Shown here in pieces: positions 19,656-28,428 of a DNA stretch of 64,000 nt; within the stretch, counting starts at the first letter, position 1; every line of letters starts with the position of its first letter. Made by a program: the position numbers and the translations under genes. Source of the DNA: Microgenomates group bacterium GW2011_GWC1_46_15 (GTDB lineage: Bacteria > Patescibacteriota > Microgenomatia > UBA1400 > UBA12028). The DNA lies in assembly GCA_001002285.1 (NCBI GenBank), contig LCLX01000002.1, forward strand, positions 131,827 to 195,826. Direction: 5' to 3'. The notes beneath the pieces were generated by a model. That model was not told where the DNA came from, did no database searches, and worked only from the letters and a program-made list of their open reading frames with translations.

Positions 19656-21293
19656 TTACGCGGGGTCTTGTGTGTACGATCTTCCGGCACGAATTGCCTC
19701 TTCTGCTTTTTGCAGTTCCAATCCAATGTACATCATGTGCCCAGGCTCAAGAATGTAGTCCCAATCGGTAATTTGCCACGCAACTTCTTGCGCGGTACGC
19801 CCCTCAAAAATCTTGATCGCCGGTCCGCTGTCCGGCTCAAACAGCGTCGCACGGATAAGGCGGCCAGTATTTTTTGGCATTGTCGGTAATGTTTTTGCCA
19901 CTGCGTACGGAATCGACTGCGTTTTGTATTTTTGTGCAAATGCCGGCCATACATACGCTTCGCTTTCTTTAATCACTTCGACAATGACGTTCCCGCGCGG
20001 GTCAAATCCAAAATGCACCGCGGGTGTATACCCCAACTCTTTTTCGTAGTGCTCCATCAACAAATTATCAACCAATCCAAAATCATCGGCATACATGTGC
20101 GCCGAGTGCGTAATCATCGTGAGCGGGCCCATCTTCATCCCAGCAGAGTCGGCGATATCTTTTTGGAGTTTGCGCAGGGCAAACGTGTTGCGCGGCCACC
20201 CATGCACCATGTCCTGCGACCGGAAGTGCGCGGTAAAGAAAAACTTGTTGTCCTGCACCGAACCCAACACCATCACTAAACACGGTGTGTCACCTTTATT
20301 GACTTCGTTCCAATCACGTTTTGGATCCATGGTGGTTGCGACCATTTTTTTGCTGTCCTGGCGGGTTTTGAGCAACTCTTTCATCGCCAAAATTTGATCA
20401 ACTCCAAGATCCACGCGCATACGTTTTCCATAGTTGTATGCAACCCCAGGAATCTGGCGACTCGTGAGTATTTCCGCGTAGTACGCTTCCAACTCAACGC
20501 GCGTAAATGGCAGATACTCGGGAAAATAAATATCGTCAGGATTTTCGTCAGTAATCACCGCGGTCAAGTTTAAAATTTCTTTGAGTGAGTTGTCCTGGCT
20601 GTACCGCGTGTGTTTTGGCCGCCCATATTTTTGAATTTCATTCAACAGATTAAGCCAAGTTTTTGCAACTTTTGGCGCGCTCACACGGAAACCTGTTTGT
20701 TCCGACGGCATCGTACGCACTGTTACGCCCGCCTTTGGAAATGTGCGTGTTTTTGCCGAAAACGGTTCAATTGGAGTCGCAGAAAGTTCTTTGACTTTGG
20801 CGACAAAATCTGTTGCTTGCCTGCCACGCATATCCACCACATCCACAACTTTGCGGAACTCTTCCAACATATCATCCGGAATTTCTTTTTCGATTTCACC
20901 GCGCGCCGCGACAATCTTGCGTGATGTTTCATCAACGCCCTTTTGTTTGAGCATGAGAAGCGAGTGGCCAGAAAGCGACATTTCCGCACCCCATAGGATA
21001 ATGACACGAATATGCGGGTTGGCGAAAATGTTCCGAATCATCGCGTTAATCCCCTGCCCACTGTAGAGATTACCAACCGTGTTATACTCCACATCTTTGA
21101 GCAGTGTTTCAATCACCTGCCGTTCGGTCCACAAACAACACACCGCAACGTGGTGGCGTGGATTCTTGACTTTGAGAATGTCTTTATAGAGGAGGGGCCA
21201 ATTGGAAAGATCAATCGCCAATGATACGGACCGTTTTGATTTTGCTGATTTAGACTGTTTTTTCGGAAGTTTCGTCTTTTTCACATTCGGCAT
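19656..21293 (-). CDS. thyA: thymidylate synthase fused to N-terminal MtrA-like and C-terminal DUF4346-like domains
   Basis: Core YNYGKR, DTPCL (catalytic Cys), FRSQD, GWPRN, SAHMY; N-term VAVCCLWT/GNLYS/NPHIRVIILWG; C-term DPRGN...HMMYIGLELQKAE...YTQD. Confidence 0.85.
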   Translation of the reverse strand: MPNVKKTKLPKKQSKSAKSKRSVSLAIDLSNWPLLYKDILKVKNPRHHVAVCCLWTERQVIETLLKDVEYNTVGNLYSGQGINAMIRNIFANPHIRVIILWGAEMSLSGHSLLMLKQKGVDETSRKIVAARGEIEKEIPDDMLEEFRKVVDVVDMRGRQATDFVAKVKELSATPIEPFSAKTRTFPKAGVTVRTMPSEQTGFRVSAPKVAKTWLNLLNEIQKYGRPKHTRYSQDNSLKEILNLTAVITDENPDDIYFPEYLPFTRVELEAYYAEILTSRQIPGVAYNYGKRMRVDLGVDQILAMKELLKTRQDSKKMVATTMDPKRDWNEVNKGDTPCLVMVLGSVQDNKFFFTAHFRSQDMVHGWPRNTFALRKLQKDIADSAGMKMGPLTMITHSAHMYADDFGLVDNLLMEHYEKELGYTPAVHFGFDPRGNVIVEVIKESEAYVWPAFAQKYKTQSIPYAVAKTLPTMPKNTGRLIRATLFEPDSGPAIKIFEGRTAQEVAWQITDWDYILEPGHMMYIGLELQKAEEAIRAGRSYTQDPA

Positions 21294-21445
21294 ACGCTAG
21301 AGCATAGCGGAAGAGAGAAAAACGATCAAGTGCTGGTTATTGATTTTTCTCCGCAAAAAGCTCAAGAATTATATAGACATATGTTCATGTTTGATCTTCT
21401 TTGTTATCTTGCCCAAAAAAGAAAGCGCGGTATAGTAGATAAACC

Positions 21446-21793
21446 ATGCTCACCCCTCAGGACCTCAATGATATTCGCCAGATTGTAACCCCGATCGTAA
21501 CTGAACAAGTCGGATTGTCAGAGAATCGGCTTCGAAAGGATATTGTTTCCTCGATTGCTTCTTCTGAAGGAAAACTGCATAAAGAGATTGTTGCTTCCGA
21601 AGAGAAACTTCGAGGCGCAATTGTTGCTTCCGAAGTTAAACTCCGTAAGGAAATTGTTTCTAAAATCCGATCGGAACATCAAAGAACCAGAACAACAATC
21701 AATGAAGTAACTGGGTTTTTTGACAGGATCGTAGTTGGGCACGACACAAAGTTTAAGAAACTTGAGCACTATCTTGGGATTTCATTGTCTTAG
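21446..21793 (+). CDS. hypothetical coiled-coil protein with 11-residue repeats
   Basis: MLTPQDL start; IASSEGKLHKE/IVASEEKLRGA/IVASEVKLRKE. Confidence 0.7.
   Translation: MLTPQDLNDIRQIVTPIVTEQVGLSENRLRKDIVSSIASSEGKLHKEIVASEEKLRGAIVASEVKLRKEIVSKIRSEHQRTRTTINEVTGFFDRIVVGHDTKFKKLEHYLGISLS
21554..21658 (+). repeat. 33-bp tandem repeat (3+ copies) within the CDS
   Basis: ATTG(C/T)T(T/G)CTTC(T/C)GAAG units starting at 21554, 21587 and 21620, partial at 21653. Confidence 0.85.
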
Positions 21794-21805
21794 TTTCACT
21801 TCCTA

Positions 21806-22366
21806 TTACTTTTCAAAATCCATCCAAATTTTGGATGGCGTTGGCGGATCCTGATCCTGGTATTTGTTTGAAGATTTCGCGTAATTCACATCAACCGGCG
21901 AACTCATCTGCAAAAAGGCGATCTGTGCGACCCGCATGCCCGCGTAAATTTTAATCGGGATATTACTGATGTTACTCATTTCAAACGTGAGGTATCCGGA
22001 AAATCCAGGTTGTACAAAACTCGCGGTGGCGTGAATGATCAACCCAATGCGGCCAAGCGAAGAACGACCTTCCAACAAACCGATCAAATCATTGGGAAGC
22101 GTGATTACCTCCCCCGTTGAACCAAGCACGAATTCGCGTGGATGAATCACGATGGACCCGTCTTTTGCACTTGCCTTCACAAGCTCTGTCACATCAAATG
22201 GAACTTTCACATCAATATGTGTGTGAGAGTTATTACGGAACACGCGGAAGTTTTCGTGGAGCGTGAGATCAATCGCCGCAGGGCGGATATGCTCGTCTTT
22301 AAGCGGATTAATAACAATTTTTTTCTGATTGAGATACGCACGGATGTCGCGGTCGGAAAGAACCAT
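21806..22366 (-). CDS. dcd: dCTP deaminase
   Basis: MVLSDRDI, IDLTL, EGRSSLGRIGL, VQPGFSG, KYQDQ. Confidence 0.95.
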   Translation of the reverse strand: MVLSDRDIRAYLNQKKIVINPLKDEHIRPAAIDLTLHENFRVFRNNSHTHIDVKVPFDVTELVKASAKDGSIVIHPREFVLGSTGEVITLPNDLIGLLEGRSSLGRIGLIIHATASFVQPGFSGYLTFEMSNISNIPIKIYAGMRVAQIAFLQMSSPVDVNYAKSSNKYQDQDPPTPSKIWMDFEK

Positions 22367-22423
22367 AGGGGCATAGTACCAAGGGCGTACGCGAAAAGCA
22401 ACGGAAGATTGTGCCATGAAAAA

Positions 22424-24508
22424 TTATATCTTTTCTTGCTGTTCCACTTCGCCCTCTTGCACAGAATCAGCTGATTCTTTTGTTGGCGTAAGCACCGGCG
22501 TTAGCGTATCGCCACCCGGCAACTCAGGCTTTTTCCAACTCGCAAAACTGCATTCCGGATAGCGGGAGCATCCATAAAAAGGAATTCCCTTGCGCGTACG
22601 TTTGATGACGATATCACCCTCATGACATGTAGGACACTTCATGTCGCCAAGTTTCTCAACAAGTTTCGCGGTGTACTTACACTCCGGAAAACGCGAGCAA
22701 CTGATAAACCGACCGAATCTTCCTGAGCGGATCACTAACTTCCCTTCTTTGCACTCGGGGCAACTTTCGCCCGTTTCTTCAACGGGAACCTGTGTGCGTT
22801 CCGCGTCTTTTGTTACTTCTTTCACATTTTTTTGGAACGGAGTAAAAAACGCACGGACAATCGCTTTCCATTTTTTCTCACCACGCGCAATTGCATCCAA
22901 GTCGTCTTCCATATCGGCCGTAAATTGATAGTCCAACTCTTTTGGAAAGTTCTTCACGAGAAAATCACTCACCGTCGTGCCAATTGCGCTGGGGATAAAC
23001 GCTTTTTCTTTGCGTTCAACGTATCCACGATCAAGAATCACGCTGATAATGCTGGCGTATGTACTCGGACGGCCGATCCCCAACTTCTCGAGTGTTTTCA
23101 CTAAGGAAGCATCGTTGTACCGTGCCGGCGGCTCGGTAAACTTTTGGAGCGCCTGCACATCTTTGTACTCCAACTTCTGGCCATCTTTAACATCCGGCAG
23201 TTGTGTATCGCCGTCGTTTGGAAACAACTTCATCCATCCATCAAACTGTAGTACCGAACCCGAAGTGCGCAATGTGTAGTCGTCGTCTCCTTTTACAGTC
23301 ACCGTTGTTTGGCTATAAATCGCCGCTTCCATTTGCGATGCAACAAATCGTTTCCAAATTAGCTCATATAACTTTTGATGTTTGGGGTCGGCGGCACTTC
23401 CCTCGTTTGGAGTTCGGATAGAAGCATCGGTTGGGCGAATTGCCTCGTGTGCCTCTTGTGCATTTTTGCTTGTTTTTTTGAAGACTCTTGGCTCATTGGG
23501 CAGATATTTTTTACCAAACTCCGTTGTAATGAGACCGCGCGCCATCTCGACTGCTTGTGTGGAAAGTATGACCGCGTCTGTTCTGTGGTACGTGATAAAT
23601 CCTTCTTCGTAGAGTTGCTGCGCGATCATCATTGTTTGCTTTGCGCTCCACCCCAAGCGGTTGGCGGCAGCTTGCTGGAGGGTTGAGGTGGTAAACGGCG
23701 CCAAACTTACACGCGTGCGCTCTGTTTGCTCAACAGCGGACACTGTATACGCGGCTTTTTTTAACCCCTCTAGCACGTGGTCAACATCTTTTTTCGATGT
23801 TGGCTCGTATGGTTTTCCTTTCACTTCTGTAAGGCGGAGCGAAAGATCTTTACTGTCGCTTGTTTGCGCCAGCACAGTAACTTCCCAATACTCTTCCGGC
23901 TTAAACGCAAGAATTTCTTTCTCACGTTCAACAATAAGGCGCAAAGCTACTGACTGTACGCGTCCTGCAGAAAGTCCGCGGCGCACTTTTTTCCACAATA
24001 CCGGCGACAACATGTATCCAACAAGCCGATCGACAACACGCCGTGCCTGCTGGGCATCAACAAGGTCCATGTTAATCGTTCCGGAATGTTCGATCGCCAC
24101 ATCTACCGCACTCTTTGTGATTTCATGGAATGTGGATCGGACAAACTCTGGGCCTTTTTTCTTCGTTGTCGTTTTTGTTGTTTTTGGTGGATTTTTTGTC
24201 GAACTTTTTGCTGATCCATGGAGCAAAAATTGCAAATGCCAAGCAATGGCTTCACCTTCGCGGTCGGGGTCTGTCGCGAGATACACTTTATCGGCAGATG
24301 CAACCAGTTTTTTTAACTTTGCAACAATCGCTGTTTTTCCTTCGCTGATTTCGTACTTTGGTTCAAAATCCGCGTCAACATCAACACCGAGTGTAGACTT
24401 TGGCAAATCGCGGACGTGGCCCATACTTGCTTCCACGGAAAAATCCTTCCCCAAAAATTGGGAAAGTTTTTTTGCTTTGGTTGGAGACTCAACAAGAACG
24501 AGATGCAT
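22424..24508 (-). CDS. topA: DNA topoisomerase I
   Basis: VESPTK, ATDPDREGEAI, SAGRVQS, ITYHRTD, two C-terminal zinc ribbons. Confidence 0.98.
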   Translation of the reverse strand: MHLVLVESPTKAKKLSQFLGKDFSVEASMGHVRDLPKSTLGVDVDADFEPKYEISEGKTAIVAKLKKLVASADKVYLATDPDREGEAIAWHLQFLLHGSAKSSTKNPPKTTKTTTKKKGPEFVRSTFHEITKSAVDVAIEHSGTINMDLVDAQQARRVVDRLVGYMLSPVLWKKVRRGLSAGRVQSVALRLIVEREKEILAFKPEEYWEVTVLAQTSDSKDLSLRLTEVKGKPYEPTSKKDVDHVLEGLKKAAYTVSAVEQTERTRVSLAPFTTSTLQQAAANRLGWSAKQTMMIAQQLYEEGFITYHRTDAVILSTQAVEMARGLITTEFGKKYLPNEPRVFKKTSKNAQEAHEAIRPTDASIRTPNEGSAADPKHQKLYELIWKRFVASQMEAAIYSQTTVTVKGDDDYTLRTSGSVLQFDGWMKLFPNDGDTQLPDVKDGQKLEYKDVQALQKFTEPPARYNDASLVKTLEKLGIGRPSTYASIISVILDRGYVERKEKAFIPSAIGTTVSDFLVKNFPKELDYQFTADMEDDLDAIARGEKKWKAIVRAFFTPFQKNVKEVTKDAERTQVPVEETGESCPECKEGKLVIRSGRFGRFISCSRFPECKYTAKLVEKLGDMKCPTCHEGDIVIKRTRKGIPFYGCSRYPECSFASWKKPELPGGDTLTPVLTPTKESADSVQEGEVEQQEKI

Positions 24509-24577
24509 AGTCCGAATGTGTTCCAGTGTATATCACGCAAACCGCAATTGTACACAGTTCATTTTTATATTGATGTT

Positions 24578-25492
24578 TTAGCGTCCGCGCATCATATACT
24601 GCCCACCGCTTACTCTATCTATAATCCCCTCAAGTTCGAGTTCACCAACGAAGCGTTGAACTTCGGATAGTGAAAGGGTGCTTTGCTCGACAATAGCATC
24701 AATATCTATGAGGGTAGACTGCTGAATGATTTCAACGATGCGCGCTTTTGGATTTGCTTGTTGTGTGCCGGTAAACAAGCGTTGTTGCTCTCTGTTTTGA
24801 TCTGCCGTCTTTTCTGCTGAAATCGTGGTGTACTCTACTGGGAGATCTTCTAAAATATCCTGTACCGTTGTTACAAGTTTTGCGCCGGTGTTTACCAACG
24901 CTTTAATGCCATCAGCGTATGGACTGGTAATCGGACCCGACACCGCAAACACCGACCGGCCATACTCTGCGGCAAAACCTGCGGTAATGTGCGTACCCGA
25001 ACGCTCCCCCGCCTCAATCACAAGAACGCCAAGCGAAAGACCCGCGATAATGCGGTTTCTCCGCCGGAATCTGTGTTTAAGCGGTGGTGTTCCGCGCGGA
25101 AACTCGGAAACAAGTGTGCCGCCGAAAGATATGATCTTTTGCGCGAGTGGAATATGTGTGGCGGGCTGGATTTGATTAAGTCCACCCGCTAATACACCAA
25201 TTGTTTTTCCACCATACTTGAGCGCGGCTTCGTGCGCGCGACCATCAACTCCTAATGCTAGGCCTGACACGATGCAAAAACCGCACGCAATGAGTCCGCG
25301 GACAAAATAATCGGTTGCGTACGCGCCATATGCTGTCATGTTCCGCGTACCAATCACCGCGATTGGTTTAGGAAACGATGAAGGATGAGCTCCTTGCCAG
25401 AACAAGCGCCGCGGGTGGTCATTAAGCGGAACCAGTAAAGCAGGATATTCACGGCTACCACTCGCAACATACCACTCGTTTGCTACCAACAT
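24578..25492 (-). CDS. dprA: DNA processing protein DprA
   Basis: AVIGTR, VSGLALGVD, RNRIIAGLS, EAGERSG; C-terminal winged helix. Confidence 0.96.
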   Translation of the reverse strand: MLVANEWYVASGSREYPALLVPLNDHPRRLFWQGAHPSSFPKPIAVIGTRNMTAYGAYATDYFVRGLIACGFCIVSGLALGVDGRAHEAALKYGGKTIGVLAGGLNQIQPATHIPLAQKIISFGGTLVSEFPRGTPPLKHRFRRRNRIIAGLSLGVLVIEAGERSGTHITAGFAAEYGRSVFAVSGPITSPYADGIKALVNTGAKLVTTVQDILEDLPVEYTTISAEKTADQNREQQRLFTGTQQANPKARIVEIIQQSTLIDIDAIVEQSTLSLSEVQRFVGELELEGIIDRVSGGQYMMRGR

Positions 25493-25568
25493 ATAGAAAG
25501 AAGTGTACGTGCGGAATCAAACAATCAGCGAACGAAAAGGAAACTGCTTTAGGAACTTCGAAAGGTTT

Positions 25569-27203
25569 TTACTTCTTCCTCCCAAACCACTCCATCAATA
25601 ACGCCTTCGCAATCGGCCCAGCGTCGCGCGACCCTTCCTGAAACTGCACGTCCTCATTGCTTTCCACCAACACCGTTACCACAATCTCGGGGTTCTTCGA
25701 CGGCGCCATCACGGTTAACCACCCATGTGTCTTGCGCCTCCCCTGCTCATCTTTTGCTCCAACCTCGGAAGTCCCCGTTTTGCACGCCGCCATCACTGGC
25801 TTGCCGTCAAAAAATGGAAACGCTGTTCCGCCGGAGGCACACGCCGCTTTCATTCCATCCAAAACTAATCGCAGCGCCGTTGAATCAATATCCAAATCAG
25901 TACACTGTTTTTTTGTCGTCTTGAGCAGATGTGGAACACACCACACACCGCCATTCGCCAGTGCGGCGGTCATTTGATTCAGCTGAATTGGTGTGACCGA
26001 CACGTCGCCCTGTCCAATTCCCATGTGATATGTGTCCCCTAAGTACCATTTCTCACCAAGGCTGCTTTCTTTCCATTGCGGGTCGGGAATAAGCCCGGCA
26101 GACTCTCCATATAGCTCGATGCCTGTTGGCACACCAAGATGAAATATCCGGGCCATGCGGGCAATGTCTTCCGCCCCCGTCCACTCTGCGGTTTTGTAGA
26201 AAAAAATATCGTTGCTTCTTTGCAACGCGCGGACAATATTAAGCTCACCCTCTTTGCGTCCATACTGCCGGAAGTACCAGTTGCCAAACGTTGATCCACC
26301 AACCAACAACTCTCCCTCATCGTCAACGAGTGTGTCTTCTTTCACAACACCTTTGATCAAACCCGCCAGCGCAGTCATCAGCTTAAACGTTGAACCTGGA
26401 GGATACGTTCCATTGATTGCGCGGTTTAGCATCGGCGATGCCTCATCTTTAACCGCTTCCGCAAGTTTTGTTGGATCAAACGACGGGCTACTCACCAACA
26501 CTAGTACTTCACCCGTCCGTGGGTCAGAAGCAACAACCGCCCCCTTTTTCCCAGCCAAGAGTTCGTACACTTTTGCAGAGAGGCTCGCGTCAATTGTTAA
26601 AGTAGTATCGTATCCAGCAATGGGTTTTTCAGTATAAATGGAGCGCAGAATGTTTCCTTTTGCATCCATCTCAAACACTTCTTTCCCCCAGGTTCCAGCA
26701 AGAGCGTTTTGTAACACGCGTTCAAGTCCAAGTTTGCCGACACTTTCACCGATAAACCACTCTGGGTGGCTGGCTAAATCCTCCTGCGTAACTTCGCCAA
26801 TGTATCCCAACACACTAGAAAGCGCGGGACCATACGGATACGTTCGTTGCTGATCCAAGTACACATTTTTTTCGTCGTGCGCGAGCGAAGCGAGCGCGAT
26901 GCGTTCATCAATCGGTTCAAATGTAGGATATACACTGGACGCGGTTTCTGGCGTCGCGCGTTTATATACAGAAGTATTGCGGACTAATGAAACGCCAGTT
27001 CTGTCGAAAAATATCCCACGGGGAGCAGGAAGATTGCGGGTAAAAAAGCGGTTTTGATCGGCAAGGTCGCGAAACTCCCTGCCGCGAAGCACTTGCAACT
27101 CAAACAAACGTAAAACATACACCGCTGTCACGGAACATAACGCAACCGCAAGCACAAAATAAAGGATCTGCCATCGCCGTCCGGATATGTGCAGATCACC
27201 CAT
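25569..27203 (-). CDS. mrdA: penicillin-binding protein 2 (class B)
   Basis: N-terminal TM, APRG, PGSTFK (SxxK), SND, KTGT. Confidence 0.92.
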   Translation of the reverse strand: MGDLHISGRRWQILYFVLAVALCSVTAVYVLRLFELQVLRGREFRDLADQNRFFTRNLPAPRGIFFDRTGVSLVRNTSVYKRATPETASSVYPTFEPIDERIALASLAHDEKNVYLDQQRTYPYGPALSSVLGYIGEVTQEDLASHPEWFIGESVGKLGLERVLQNALAGTWGKEVFEMDAKGNILRSIYTEKPIAGYDTTLTIDASLSAKVYELLAGKKGAVVASDPRTGEVLVLVSSPSFDPTKLAEAVKDEASPMLNRAINGTYPPGSTFKLMTALAGLIKGVVKEDTLVDDEGELLVGGSTFGNWYFRQYGRKEGELNIVRALQRSNDIFFYKTAEWTGAEDIARMARIFHLGVPTGIELYGESAGLIPDPQWKESSLGEKWYLGDTYHMGIGQGDVSVTPIQLNQMTAALANGGVWCVPHLLKTTKKQCTDLDIDSTALRLVLDGMKAACASGGTAFPFFDGKPVMAACKTGTSEVGAKDEQGRRKTHGWLTVMAPSKNPEIVVTVLVESNEDVQFQEGSRDAGPIAKALLMEWFGRKK

Positions 27204-27221
27204 ACGCTCTCCTTTTTACAT

Positions 27222-28409
27222 TTACACAAACTTTCCGGAAACGCGGATGTGCTTGAGTAATGCGGGATTTTCCAACGCAATGCCGCACCCGCGCGCCACC
27301 GCCAAGTACGGTTCTGTCGCGGTCCATACCGGCATGTGCGACTCTTCCGCAAGCCGTTCTTCCAACCCGCGGAGCTGCGCACTCCCACCTGCTAACACAA
27401 TCCCATGTTTAAGAATATCCGCAACCAACTCGGGCGGCGTTTCTTCTAATGTCTCCATCACGCCAGTAATAATTTGTTGAATCACGGGTGAAAGTGCCTC
27501 GCGCAGTTCCCCACTCTGTACTTTGACCGACCGCGGCAATCCAGACTCTACATCACGGCCACGTACCACATGTTGATACATTAATTTTTCTGCGGCTTTT
27601 TTTTCTGCTATCTGTTTTGCTTCAGACCGCTTGCGTTTCTCCAAAACTCCCTTCATTTTTTCTGCGTCACCCTGCTTTACACCACCATCCTCTTCGGCCT
27701 GACCTTGCTCGAACGGGTACGCGCTTCCAATCGCAATCTTTGTCTGCTCCGCGGTTGTCTCACCAATGATCACGCCATACCGCGTACGCACAAACGAGGC
27801 CACCGTTTCATCCAACGCGTCGCCCGCCATGTGTAAAGATTTGCTCAATACAATCCCGCCAAGCGAAATCACTGCAATCTCGGTTGTCCCACCGCCAATA
27901 TCCACCACCATTCTTCCCTCTGGCTCAAGTACATTCAACCCTGCGCCAACCGCCGCAGCCATCGGCTCCTCAATGAGCCAAGCCTGTCCCGCGCCGGAAC
28001 CAACCGCCGCGGACTGCACCGCGCGCCGTTCTACTTCGGTAATACCGGATGGAATGCCAATCACAACTTTTGGTTTTGTTAAAAATGACAACGGATATGT
28101 ATCGCAGATGCGGTGAATATACACATCCAGCATCGCCTCCGCCGCTTCAAGGTCCGCGATTACTCCGTTACGCAGGGGCCGGATCACTTCAATTGCGTGC
28201 GGCGCTTTGCCAATCATCCGTTTTGCCTCACTGCCAACCGCCAAAATATCCCGTGTTTTGCGGCTGCGCGCGACAACCGACGGCTCCTGGAACAGGATCC
28301 CTCTGCCACGCACATACACCACGGTGTTTGCCGTGCCAAGATCAATGCCAATATCGGGTGGAATCAATGAAAAAAGTGACCGCGCGATCTCATGGACGTG
28401 TGTTTCCAT
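27222..28409 (-). CDS. mreB: rod shape-determining protein MreB
   Basis: IDLGTANT, EPSVVA, EEPMAAA, DIGGGTTE; charged insertion before VRGRD. Confidence 0.96.
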   Translation of the reverse strand: METHVHEIARSLFSLIPPDIGIDLGTANTVVYVRGRGILFQEPSVVARSRKTRDILAVGSEAKRMIGKAPHAIEVIRPLRNGVIADLEAAEAMLDVYIHRICDTYPLSFLTKPKVVIGIPSGITEVERRAVQSAAVGSGAGQAWLIEEPMAAAVGAGLNVLEPEGRMVVDIGGGTTEIAVISLGGIVLSKSLHMAGDALDETVASFVRTRYGVIIGETTAEQTKIAIGSAYPFEQGQAEEDGGVKQGDAEKMKGVLEKRKRSEAKQIAEKKAAEKLMYQHVVRGRDVESGLPRSVKVQSGELREALSPVIQQIITGVMETLEETPPELVADILKHGIVLAGGSAQLRGLEERLAEESHMPVWTATEPYLAVARGCGIALENPALLKHIRVSGKFV

Positions 28410-28428
28410 ACTGTATAGTATAAACATT

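Noticed and set aside
28207-28428. N-terminal extension of the O-antigen ligase ORF given in the ORF track
   Set aside because: It is antisense to mreB; the ATG at 28429 gives a normal membrane-protein start
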